DNA of 64,000 nt from Anthoceros angustus (Eukaryota > Plantae > Anthocerotophyta): positions 930,001 through 994,000 of the forward strand of contig MU008160.1 of the NCBI GenBank assembly GCA_010909165.1, read 5' to 3'. Below are positions 9,949-22,517 of this stretch, piece after piece. A model generated the notes under the pieces. The model was not told where the DNA came from, made no database searches, and worked only from the letters and a program-made list of their open reading frames with translations. Each line of letters opens with the position of its first letter. Position 1 is the first letter of the stretch. A program made the translations under genes and the position numbers.

Positions 9949-12900
9949 ATGACGGCATTTTGGCAACCGGATCCCATGTGCACCCAGCAAATTGGTGGGT
10001 TTACAGGGATTCTAGGAGCAGCTCCCGCTAACCTCACCGTAGGGAGGCAACCGCTGGCAGACAACCAAGCCTCCAGGTGCAGTAGCTTAAGGAGCCCAGC
10101 ACTTTCAATGTGGACCGCTGGGGAAAGTGGTGTTTGCCAGGAGCTACAGCAGGAGCAGGAGCACTTGTGGCGACATTTTTTTCTGGACCCTGCCATGTGG
10201 TGGGATAACAGGCGAGGTAAGAAGAGCTTTCGTTCGCCTGATTTCCGGCATAAGGGGTCCGGCGAGGTCCTCTGGTTAAACAACATGTTCAAGCCTGCTT
10301 GGGTGGATGAGCAGCTCGTTTCTTTGGATATGCACATGGCTCATGGTACCTCTCCTTCCAAGTCAAGCTCCCCGGATAAGCCTGAGCCTTGCATGCATGC
10401 AGGATCGGAAATGGGCATTGTAACTGATGTGACCGTGAGCACGTTATGTCAGCAGGGGAAGCTTACTGCTGCCGTTGGGGCCCTGGAAGTTCTGGCTCAG
10501 ACAGACTATCCCATTCCGAAGTTTCTCTTTTATACTGTGCTGAAATTGTGCGCAGCTAAGAAGGATCTGGTTCTGGGGCGACGAGTTCACGATCTCATCG
10601 TCAAACTTGGTTACGAGTCAAGTACGTACTTGGGGAACCATGTCTTGCGCATGTATGTATCTGGAGGTAGGCTACAAGAGGCCATGGATGTGTTCACCAG
10701 GGTGGGGAAACCAGATGCCTTCATGTGGTTTTCGATAATCTCCGCATATGTTAAACATGGGAAACCTAATGAGGCCATACAACTTTACCATGAGATGCGC
10801 AGCTCAGGCGTGAAGGCAGATTCTCATGTCTTTGTGGCAGCCCTTCACGCTTGTGCATTTGCTTCGGACTTGGAATCTGGCAGAAAAGTGCACTCTGATG
10901 TGTTGCACAGTGGCATTCCTCCTGACTTGTTTGTTGGCAACTGTCTGGTGGACATGTATGCCAAATGTGGCGAACTGGACGATGCGCGCAGGGTTTTTGA
11001 CAGCTTGCCCACAAAAGATGTGGTGACTTGGACGGCCCTGATAGCTGGCTATGCAAATCTTGGGCTTGGCCATGAGGCGCTTGTTCTGCATGGACGCATG
11101 GAGCAGGAGAGCCTGATTGTTGGTAACCATGTCACTTTTGTTCTCCTTCTGAAGGCCTGTGCAAGCGCTGGTGCCTTGCAGAAGGGCAGGGAGTTGCACT
11201 GTGAGATTGTGGAAAGAGGCCAGCTAGATAACATACATGTGGGCACTTGCCTGGTGGACATGTATGCAAAGTGTGGCGAACTGGAAGATGCATGGTTTTT
11301 GACAACATGCCAGCAAAAAATGTGGTGACATGGACAGCCCTGATTGCCGGGTATGCACAGCAAGGGCTCGGGGAAGAGGCGCTGGCTCTGTATGGAAAAT
11401 TGGAGCAGGAGGGCCTGATTCTGGCTGACCATGTCACTTTTGCTTGTCTTCTGCAGGCCTGTGCAAGTGCTGGTGCCTTACAGAAGGGCAGGCAGCTGCA
11501 CTCACAGATTATGAAAAGAGGAAAGCTAGATGACAAGCTTGTGCATTGCTTCGGACTTGGAATCTGGCAGAAAAGTGCACTCTGATGTGTTGCACAGTGG
11601 CATTCCTCCTGACTTGTTTGTTGGCAACTGCCTGGTGGACATGTATGCAAAAATGTGGCGAACTGGAAGATGCACGCCAGGTTTTTGACAGCTTGCCCAC
11701 AAAGATGTGGTGACATGGACGGCCCTGATGATAGCTGGCTATGCAAATCTTGGGCTTGGCCATGAGGCGCTTGTTCTGCATGGACGCATGGAGCAGGAGA
11801 GCCTGATTGTTGGTAACCATGTCACTTTTGTTCTCCTTCTGAAGGCCTGTGCAAGCGCTGGTGCCTTGCAGAAGGGCAGGGAGTTGCACTGTGAGATTGT
11901 GGAAAGAGGCCAGCTAGATAACATACATGTGGGCACTTGCCTGGTGGACATGTATGCAAAGTGTGGCGAACTGGAAGATGCACGCAGGGTTTTTGACAAC
12001 ATGCCAGCAAAAAATGTGGTGACATGGACAGCCCTGATTGCCGGGTATGCACAGCAAGGGCTCGGGGAAGAGGCGCTGGCTCTGTATGGAAAATTGGAGC
12101 AGGAGGGCCTGATTCTGGCTGACCATGTCACTTTTGCTTGTCTTCTGCAGGCCTGTGCAAGTGCTGGTGCCTTACAGAAGGGCAGCTGCACTCACAGATT
12201 ATGAAAGAGGAAAGCTAGATGACAAGCTTGTGCATTGCTTCGGACTTGGAATCTGGCAGAAAAGTGCACTCTGATGTGTTGCACAGTGGCATTCCTCCTG
12301 ACTTGTTTGTTGGCAACTGCCTGGTGGACATGTATGCAAAAATGTGGCGAACTGGAAGATGCACGCCAGGTTTTTGACAGCTTGCCCACAAAGATGTGGT
12401 GACATGGACGGCCCTGATGATAGCTGGCTATGCAAATCTTGGGCTTGGCCATGAGGCGCTTGTTCTGTATGGACAAATGGAGCAGGAGAGCCTGATTGTT
12501 GGTAACCATGTCACTTTTGTTCTCCTTCTGAAGGCCTGTGCAAGCGCTGGTGCCTTGCAGAAGGGCGGGGAGTTACTGTGAGATTGTGGAAAGAGGCCAG
12601 CTAGATAACATACATGTGGGCACTTGCCTGGTGGACATGTATGCAAAGTGTGGCGAACTGGAAGATGCATGGTTTTTGACAACATGCCAGCAAAAATGTG
12701 GTGACATGGACAGCCCTGATTGCTGGGTATGCACAGCAAGGGCTCAGGAAGAGGCGCTTGTTCTGTATGGACAAATGGAGCAGGAGGGCCTGATTTTGGC
12801 TGACCATGTTACTTTTGCTTGCCTTCTGAAGGCCTGTGCAAGCTGGTGCCTTACAGAAGGGCAGGCAGCTGCACTCAGATTGTGGAAAGAGGCCAGCTAG

Positions 12901-13912
12901 ATAACATACATGTGGGCACTGCCTGGTGGACATGTATGCAAAGTGTGGTGAAATGGAGGATGCACGCCAGGTTTTCGACAGCTTGGCCACAAAAAATGTG
13001 GTGACATGGACGGCCCTGATTGGCGGGTTTGGTGCTTGTGATGAAGGTCACAACGCACTAGCTTGTTTTGAGGAGATGCTTGTTGCTGGCATTCAGCCTG
13101 ACGATGCTACTTTTACTTGCGTTTTAGTAGCATGCGGACATGTGGGACTGGTGAGTGAGGGTCGCAAGCACTTTGACTCCATGTTTGCACAACATGGCAT
13201 CAAACCTACTATGGAGCACTACAATTGCATGATTGATCTTCTTGGGCGTGCAGGCCACTTAGATGAGGCAGAGAACATGCTATTATCACGTGAGAGCCAA
13301 ATGAATATTGTGGGGTTGACGTCTTTGCTGAATGCCTGCAAGAATCATGGAGATGTAGAGAGGGCAGCGCGGTGTTTCGAGAATCTTGTTAGACTGCAGC
13401 CTCAGAGTGCATCCCCATATGTGCTCATGGCCAATGCCTATGCAGATGCTGGTAGGTGGGCCGATGTAGACAGGATTGAAGCACAGAGAATAGCAGCAGG
13501 AGCTAACAAGAAACCTGCGGTGGCAACCATTGAGGTGAAGGAGCAGGTACACACATTTGTGGTAGGAGAAAGGACAGATGACATTGCGCTCAAGGTAGAG
13601 AGCACTAGTGCCCGTCTGAAGCAGGAAGGAGGACATGTACCAAACACGAAGTTGGTGCTGAAGCCACTGTCTGAGAAGGAAAAGGAGGATGCACTTTGCG
13701 GGCATGCTGAGAAGCTAGCTTTGGCGTTTGGTCTCTTGAACACTCCGAGTGGCACACCTTTGGTTGTAACCAAGAATCTGCGCATGTGCAGTGACTGCCA
13801 CAGTTCCACCGAGATCATGTCCAGGGTTGAAAAGAGAGGCATTGTCGTGAGGGATGGATACCGTGTGCATCGATTCGCAGATGGATGTTGCAGTTGCAAG
13901 GGTCGACCGTGA
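9949..13912 (+). pseudogene. Tandem paralog PDF-PLS-E1E2-DYW:KP (GRP) PPR gene with internal duplications and frameshifts (pseudogene or assembly artefact)
   Basis: N-terminal ORF 9949-11328 parallels gene 4406. Several indels lie between 11290 and 12930. C-terminal ORF 12926-13912 has intact KPAVATIEV, HAEKLA, CSDCH and KGRP. Confidence 0.85.
10849..12900 (+). repeat. ~690-bp block present three times inside PPR gene 2
   Basis: gcttgtgcatt(t)gcttcggacttggaatctggcagaaaagtg begins at ~10849, ~11537 and ~12226. Confidence 0.85.
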
Positions 13913-14264
13913 AACGAAGAGGAGCTCAGGATGTGGAATTTTGCACTCGGTTTCAAGGGACCTGGCCCCTGCAAGACACGATTTGAACTTCGTTTCCTTC
14001 ATCCTTGCAACCATGTAGGGGTTATGACTCGTTACCGGATCGGTTGGGCCGGGCAGGATTGGAGCGGGCCCAGGTAACTGCCATCTTTGCAAAGCCCCCG
14101 ACGAGAAATGGCCCAGCACCAAGGACCCGGCCCATTACAGCCGGGCTGCCCAGATTTGACTGCAACTTGCGAGGTCACACGAGTGTGCCCCAACCACTAA
14201 ACCACCACCAATACCACCTTTATTGATCTCCATTGAGGATGGAAGAACTAGAGAAGAAGAAGTC

Positions 14265-14460
14265 TACTAAGAGTCCAATTGGACGGAACGTTTTGTTATA
14301 GTACTTCAGAATTTGTACCATGGTTTCCCTAGACTACTTGCACCAATGGCATCTACCTTCTTTCCAGAATCCCATCTAAGTATCGATCTAAGCGCAAAAG
14401 TTTAATAATAATGCTAAAAGTTTAACAATTATGTTCTTATAAGTGTTTGTCCGTTTGGCT
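14265..14460 (-). mobile_element. Diverged copy of the (TTC)n-tailed short repeat
   Basis: ttgtaccatgg...ctacttgcaccaatggcatc...cccatctaagtatcgatctaagcgc, following gaagaagaag. Confidence 0.5.
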
Positions 14461-14698
14461 AGAGTTTGTTAACCTTGTATAGAAAGAATGAATATACGAT
14501 AGAACCTGTATTATAATAATTTAGTAGAAGGAAATTGTTTCACGCTTATTATTTAGTAGGAGGAAATCGTATACAGATGTAGGTTTGGAAGTTAGTGAAG
14601 AATTATTTGGGACAAGACTTCTATACCTAATAGTAATATGGTAGAAGCAATGCGTATACATAAGTAAGTTCAAAAGAAGAGCGACACATCTATATCTG

Positions 14699-14937
14699 AA
14701 CTAGAACATAAGCATAGAAAAGAGCAAAGAAAAAGCCTCTATCATAAGAAGCATCTCAAAAAGACAAAGAGCCGAGGGCCTAAGGATATGAAACCTACGG
14801 CCAGCGAACTATCTCAACTAGAACATAAGCATAGACAAGAGCAAAGAAAATTTTACATTAAGGCCTCTATCATAAGAAGCATCTCAAAAAGACAAAGAGC
14901 CGAGGGCCTAAGGATATGAAACCTACAGCCAGCGAAC
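14699..14937 (+). repeat. ~115-bp tandem duplication
   Basis: aactagaacataagcataga...aaacctac(g/a)gccagcgaac occurs twice. Confidence 0.85.
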
Positions 14938-15107
14938 AGGATAAGTTTTTTTCTTGCTAAAACCATTCCTATAAGTTGCAACTTTGAGGATATTATAAAA
15001 AAAGAATTTTAAAACTTCCTGTCTCGGTGTCTATTGTTAATGTATATATGACTGGCCCTTGGTCGTGGTGGACTAAAAAATATTTCTTCTTCTTGATCCT
15101 TCCATGA

Positions 15108-15299
15108 GGTATCACTGGAGACGAATATAAATCGAAAGTATAGAAAATCAAAAATTTTCCAATGAAAACTAAATCAACCTTTAGTGGTCAAGCCGGTCCC
15201 TCAGTATCACTCGAGACGAATATAAATCGAAAGTATAGAAAATCAAAAATTTTCCAATGAAAACTAAATCAACCTTTAGTGGTCAAGCCGGTCCCTCAA
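15108..15299 (+). repeat. ~95-bp tandem duplication
   Basis: gtatcact..agacgaatataaatcgaaag...caagccggtccctca occurs twice. Confidence 0.85.
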
Positions 15300-15589
15300 T
15301 TTTGATGGTTCCTGCAGGCTAGGTGCTCCAAAATACCTTTTCCTCCTTTTGATGGTTCTTATATGCTAGGTGCTCCAAAATACCTTTTTCTTTTTTCTTA
15401 CGCGATCTTCAAGTTCTTTTGGACGTATCGCCATTTGTCGGATTGTGGATCATATTGAAAGATTTAAACAAATAAATAAATGAAAGGACATAAGAAGGCC
15501 CTGCTCCCGTTCGTATTTGATTCCATATCGCTTAACCCTGGACCTGGCATTGGGGCATGAAGCAGGGCATGGTTCGAGACCGAACCGCC

Positions 15590-15910
15590 GGGTGGTGAGT
15601 GAGGTGTTTTGCCCTGGTCCGGCCACCGGGCTGATGCCTGTGTTGATCGTCTCTTCCACCAGGCCACAAGGGCGGAAGTCTCCCAACCGGCATTCCATGT
15701 CTGAGTCGAGCATCACGTTGCTGGGCTTGATGTCCCCGGGCAGTAAGCACTTCTTCCACTCCGTGTGGATGTAAACCAAGGCCGCTGCAATGTCGCAGAC
15801 ACGAAATCGGTCTGCGGATATCACTGCGAATCGGATTAGAGGTGATGATCCAGCTCGACGGCATATATGTACTCGTACACCAGCAGAAGGTCGTCCAGGT
15901 CATGGCACCA
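15590..15910 (-). pseudogene. LecRK-like kinase fragment
   Basis: DIAAALVYIHTEWKKCLLPGDIKPSNVMLDSDMECRLGDF, preceded by a ..LLVYEYIC segment in another frame. Confidence 0.75.
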
Positions 15911-18900
15911 GCCACGGAGATGCACCGTGTTCTGTGCAGCGCCCTAAGCTCTTGCGCCTTCGATCTCTCGATCCAAATTTGAATCGCGAGATCCTTTTGA
16001 TTTCCATGAAAACCCCTGTTAGTAAGAAGCGCCAGGGACGCTGTGGTTGCAAAGCTGAGCATCCCCTATGTATGACGTTCCCTGCCATTCTAAACCCTAT
16101 GTACGTCGTTTCCTGGCATTCTAAACTGCGCACTCTTTAAAAGGAACCTTTCAAGACCAAGAAAAGAATTCGACAGGCCTCTTGCATATTCCTTTGGACC
16201 AATTGGTACAAACATATGGAATACCGATCTCGTCACACGGGAGTCTCGTGGTGTGACTTTTCTTTTTCTGCACGCCACGAGGATATGCCACGGAATCTTT
16301 TCGATACTCACGATAATACACGATAATACGTGCACACATCACCACGGGTTCGACGGGAAAAACATTCTATCACACGTTCATCGGCACGGTGTTCAGTGTC
16401 ACTGATGTTTTGATAGCGGTGTTAGGGTTTCATCGGTCTACACACAAACATGGCGGGCAACACATACACACATGGAACTTTTGTTGTATGGCCGCGTTCG
16501 CCCGGCGCTGCCGTCCTCCGCTTACATCGCTTTCACTATATATACGGAAGGGCGAGGATGTGGGAGGCGATCCCTACGTTTGTGTGCTTGCCTACTAACA
16601 TGCTTGTGTTGTGCTTGCGATTGGATGTATGGGCGACGGACGAGAAGATGATCGTAACTTCACCTTTCAAACCGAACACGGTTGCCGAAGGAAACCGATT
16701 GCAATGCGCATTACGGTCGAACATGCTTCACACTATCCCTCCTCAACCTCATCAAGCAGGCAATGTCACTGCGTCCTACAAATCCACTTCAGTCCTACGA
16801 GACTGCCGGGCGCATCGCCGTTCAACCAAAAACATCCGAACATGTCTGCGCTCACACCTCATGGTGGGGCGCTCTAAACAAAAAACACCTCCCTCGCCCA
16901 CGGTCGATCGCGGAAGAGCCTCGAGCGGGCCCCTCCATCCTCTTGTGCTCGAACTTGGCTCCTCCTCGGACTTAGTTCGCCCCCTGCTTGTGGAGGGGCG
17001 AATGTCCTCACGGACATGGGAGGTGCACCGATTCCATGGCGGGCAGTGCACCGGCTGAGGTTGGGGAGGCGGGTTCATCCCGGCACCAATGGGAAGGGGA
17101 CCCGAGCCCGGAAGGCGTGGCGGGGGCGATTGGGGAGGTGGTCCACCACCAGCAACCGCGCACATTGGCCCGATGGCATGGAGGATGCGGCCATTCTTTG
17201 CGTTCATGTATTCCATGAGCAGCGCAGCGATTTCCAGGCTGCGTTGTCGGCGATCGTGATCATCCATCACTCCCTCCATGTCGGTGCGGTGGACCTCGGG
17301 TTGCGCACCTTCTCCACCACTTCAAGGAGGCGATGGCGCCCGTCATGGCGTCGATTACTGCATTGGACTTGGCGTTGCTACCATACTCGGAGCTCCATTG
17401 GGTGGATGCCCCACCTGTTGCGGCCTTGGGCGGTGGCCCCTCCCACAGTGCTGGCCCCATTCACGCCTCGGCGGCAGGGGTTCGCCCCTCGGCACTCTGC
17501 TTGCATCTTGGCGCCCCGCGCCCGGCTGATGCACGCCTTGCACCCTCTTCCTCTTCCGGGTGCCCGCGGTGCCTCGAGCTCAGCGATGAGCTCGGCCAGC
17601 TCTTCTCTCGGCCTTGCGCCTCCTCGCTCCGCGCCGCGCCGATCTCGTTCGATCTTGGCGGCGCTCACGTCCAGTATACGGATCTGAGCGAAGTTCCGTT
17701 TTCGTCGTAGATGACCACCAGGGCTGGTCGTCCACTCCGTCCACACACCGCAAACCCGACATATGAGTACGGGCATGGCAAAGTTCACCACTTGCAACCC
17801 GGCATTACGAGGCATGACAATGACAAGCGAACCCACCGGCATTGTCAAACACATTGCGATCCACGGATTGTGCGTCTTCACTTACCATCGAGTCTTCCGA
17901 TTGTTGTCCGGTGGCGCTCCCTCGCCCGCCGTTCGCAACCCGGTCCACGTCTCCGTCGTCGTGGCGCCTCCTCTCCCTCCTCGGTTTCGTTCTCCTCCAC
18001 TCTCCGGGCGCCCCCGAGCTCCTTCCCGGCACGGAGCCTTGCCCCATCCTCATACGCCTCGTCCCACCTCCTCCGCCCGCCCCCCCAGGCACGTCACGAG
18101 AAGGCGCAAATCGGTCCTCCGTCACATGCGCCTGTGTTTGCGACCTCCGCCTTGGGCAACCACATGGGTTGCGATCCTTGGCCGCCTTGCGGTGGTGGCC
18201 AGGCGAATGTCCGGCTGCGACTCGAAGGCTGCCGCTGTCGGCGGCGCATGCGGCCATCACTGCGCACCATTGGCGGCGCATGCGAGCCACTGCGGCCATT
18301 GGCTGCGATCGGCCCGATCCTTCCCTACAGGCGTCGGCTGCAGCGCCCGGCCGTCATCCTCCACTGCGGCCGGGCTGCATGCAGCAACCCGGCTGCTGCT
18401 GACCCTCGGTGTCTGCCTTCAAACCCCTCATGCATCCGGGACTTCGCGGCTGCATGCAGCCCTCTGCGCCCTCCGGGTTTGGGCGGTGACCGGCATCCGC
18501 TGCCTGACCCTTTGTGAAAGCAGCGGCCTCGGCTGCCGCTTGAGCGCCCCAGGTGCGCCACGCGGAGGGCTCCACCAAAGCGGCATCGGGATGCACGCCT
18601 CCGCATCGCGGCAGGCCGAGCCTCACTTCTTTGCATGCTCGTCCTGGGGCCTGTCTTCAAGCATTACTGCGCGCCCCTCATCTGCAGCCCTCGCCACACC
18701 CTCCGCTCTGGCCGCCAGCCGGGCGAGCGATTCGCCGCCCGGCATCGGCCATTTCCTCATCGCCGCCATACGTGCGGTGCGCTCCATGCCCCGGCCGCCA
18801 TGCCTTCGTCGCCTCCCTCCTCGTCCCGGCGCCCGACATGGGTGTGTCGAGCTCCATGTCTTCCACCTCGCCGCGCCGCCCGCGCAAAACGCCTATGCTC

Positions 18901-19289
18901 GTGAGCTTCCACTTTGAAAAGTGGCACTTGGAGTTCTTGGTGAAGAGCTGCCCCAACTTGCGCCCCAAAGAAAAACGCCTGTTTTCATGGCATTTGGCAA
19001 TGCATCACGTTGCCACCAGGCGCGACTGTTTGGCCGCTTCGCGCCAATGCACTTCGGCTATTCGATTTCAACACCACGCGTTGCCATTCTGCATGTTGCC
19101 GCTTTCGATTCGTGCGGTTCCAACCTTCTAGCGTACTTCTGACTTGCTTGGAGTCCGGACGATCGTTGACCGCTAGTCAACCTACCACTTCCGCCTTTTC
19201 CGATGTGTTCTCGCCATCTATCCATGGCATCTACGGTGCCTTTCACCTTTTTGCCTATAAATAGGAAGAAAAGTCCTTCGCATTTGCAC

Positions 19290-20410
19290 CAATGTCACAT
19301 GTGCATTGCCTATGGATGGCATCCACATGGTATGTATGGATGATGGCTGGTTGTCATGTGATGCATCGAACATTTGTACCTAGATGCTGTGCCATGGCAC
19401 AATCCATGTATGTGCACCGTCATGCATGTCAGGAAGGGTACCATGACACATATAAAGGTCACGTGCGATTATATAGAAGACATAAAAATCAAAACCCAAG
19501 GAAAAGGTGCCCCCACGCATCTACGTAGACATGGTCACATGCATCACACGTCAACGGGCATCATGCATACATACCATGTGCATGTGCATCGTGATATATG
19601 TTCGACACGGTACTCGACACATACATCGTCAGAATCTATATAGAAAGACCTAAAAATCAAAACCCAAGGAAAATGTGCACATGGAAAGCACATGGTATGC
19701 ATGCATGTGGATGGATGGTTGACATGTGAAGTATGTGAACATGTATACCTAGATGCTCATCATGGGCACCTTTTCCATCTATGTGCATCGTGATGCATGT
19801 TCGGTACTATGACACATATATAGGTCCGCATCTATATTCAAACTAAAAACACCATAACCCAAGGAAAAGGCGATCGTTCTTGATTGCATGAATATCAATT
19901 GTTCGAAGGCCAAGGACAAGTGGGATTACAAATATACCTAACGCCCATCGATGTGAGGTGGCACTCCATCAACGTTCCGGTTTTTGCCTATATGTGGGCT
20001 ACCCAACCATGGACTACCAACTACACGCTACTTGCCTATCCACCCTACGCCTATATATAGGAAGAAACGTCCTTGGCCCCTTGGCCTTTGGACCACGTCA
20101 TGTGGTGTATGTGAACATGTCTACCTAGATGTGTGTCATGGCACAATCAACCTATGTGCATCGCGATGTTTGTAAGGCACGACTCGACACATATAGGTCA
20201 CCGCACCTATATAGAAAATACTGAAAATCATAAACCAAGGAAAAGGGCTAGTAGGTTGTTAACGCATAAATATCATTTGTTCAAAGGCCAGGAGAAGTAG
20301 GACTCTAAATAGATCTAGTCCTACCATCGGTCTGGTGGTGCTTCATCGAGAGTCCCGGTGGTTTTGCCTATATATGTGGGCTACCCAACCTATGATTCTT
20401 CGATTGTACA
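19290..20410 (+). repeat. Diverged ~170-200-bp AT-rich tandem units, inverted relative to 28560-30030
   Basis: aa(a/c)ccaaggaaaa anchors at ~19490, 19660, 19857 and 20233. Confidence 0.75.
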
Positions 20411-22517
20411 TGTTTGTCATAAAGGATAGGCAGCCATACTTCCCTTCTTTTCTCTTTTCCCTCTTCTCACCTTTGGGAACCGCATTGTCTAGTGGGACGT
20501 CGGTTCAGTTGTCTTGTCGCAATGGGCGCACCTATCGACGCAATGCTCACTAAGCGTCGCAATGGTCGCATAGGCGTTTCATTTGGTGATTCTCGGTTTG
20601 GTCCAAAGGCCAAGGTCTTCCTTCCATTCATTGATTGACATATTGGTGCAAAGGCCAAGGAGTTTTGTTCCTTCATTGCCAATGTAAGCTCCAAAGGCCA
20701 ATGAGTATTTTCCCTTTCATGGCCGGTCGGATGGTCCAAAGGGAAGGCCTTGTCTTCGATATATAGGGGCGGGGATAGGCAAGTACCGTAGTTGGGAAAT
20801 GGATTTTCTTCCTACACATGAATCGGACCTTACATTCGGACCATTCGTCAATCCGAGTTACATTTTAGTCCTTGGCCTTTGGGCGTCAACGAGAAAATAT
20901 CATGTCATGTACTAGTCTGATGCGAAAACTGATGTTGTTTTCGTCATTGGGCCAATAAACAGGACTAATTCCGACATGAATCTGACACATAACGAAACGT
21001 TGTGCTTTGGACCGACCACTACGAGCAAATTGTCGAGGCTTTGGACCGATTACAATTCAACTGCGGCTCGCCCCTTCTATTCCACAACCACTCTTCCACT
21101 CGCGATCGCGGCCATTCCCATTATATGAGCAAGCGCCATCACCCAGGCAAGTTCACGCTACCTCCGGTGATTGCGGCGGTCAATGCACCTCCCTTTGGAG
21201 GCCATTCCCTGCGCCTCTCGCGGTCCGATCGCCGCCGCCCCTCCACAGCACATTCGAAGGACCTTCCTCCCACCGCATAAGGCGGCCGCACTGCGACGGA
21301 TGGTGTGCGCGTGCGAGTGGGCTCACCATCGATGATGCACCAAAGCGCCTTCCCTCCGCCCGCGACCGCGCGCATCCCGTCTTCCACACGCGGTCAAACT
21401 CCTCGGCGTCATGCCCGGCCTCGGCGGCACGGAATGCATACCGCTGTCTCATCGGCGAGCACCCTGACCGCGACCGCACTTCCACGTCACACTTCTGCGA
21501 TTGTCTTCTTCGGTGACGTCGCTCTCGCATCCGATGTCTGCAAAAACTTTGAGCTGTCCACCCGGATTGTCGCAGACAACAACCTTGCTCGTCGGTATGC
21601 ACCACCCTCGCGATCGCCATGCGTACCGGTGACGCTCCATGGAAGACCTTCCGCCTCAAAACCCGCACCTCTTTCCATTTTTGCCCATTGTGATTGTCGG
21701 CGGCGGCCGATTGGAACCTGGCGGTGCACTTAGTTCGCCATTCGACTGGCCCAAATGCCACCGCCAACCCTACGGTTTCCGTATTATTCGCCCTTGTTTG
21801 ATCCATTCTCAATTGGTGACGGAAAGCAATTCACGTCGAGGCCGTCTGTTCCACTGGTGCATTGCCTCGATTTCGTGTCCGGTCGCCATACCAAAGTGAG
21901 TGCGGACGCTCAAAGTCTCTTCACATTAGTGCCCTCTTGTGCGGGGCCAGACAAACACAACCGAAACCACTTGCGGTCTCTAATGAAACGCAGTCCGACT
22001 CGGCCTTTCGTTCCCATACACGGAGTTCATGCGGATGGCTTCATCACCGCGTGGCCATCACGAGCTTGAGCAGGCGCCGGCGGGAGAGTGCGAGCACGTC
22101 CTCGCGAGGCGGTGCCAAACGCCGGAGGAACTTGCTGACCACCATTGGCCTTGCCAAGTAAACTCGGTGATGAAGGTGAGCAGTGCTCTATCGAATGACA
22201 TCTCTGGCGATTTCACGAACATTTCTCTAAAGCTGCGGCGGCGCCTCGAATCTCACTCACTCGAGCAGCGTCGCCTGCATCCATGCGTGGCGGTGAAGAA
22301 CTTGTGACACTCTCAAAGCGTGCACTCCCTAGACACTCCAACATGGCCCTCTTGTCCAGGTACACCACATGCGGAACCCCTCTCCACCGCCAACGTCACG
22401 GGCACTCGGTGAATAAAAGCGGTGCACCTTCTTCCGAATCGCCACGCCGCCCCGGGACATGCGAGGGCTTGGTCGGCCACATGCTTGAAAAACCGGAGCT
22501 GCGCCCATCGGACCAGC

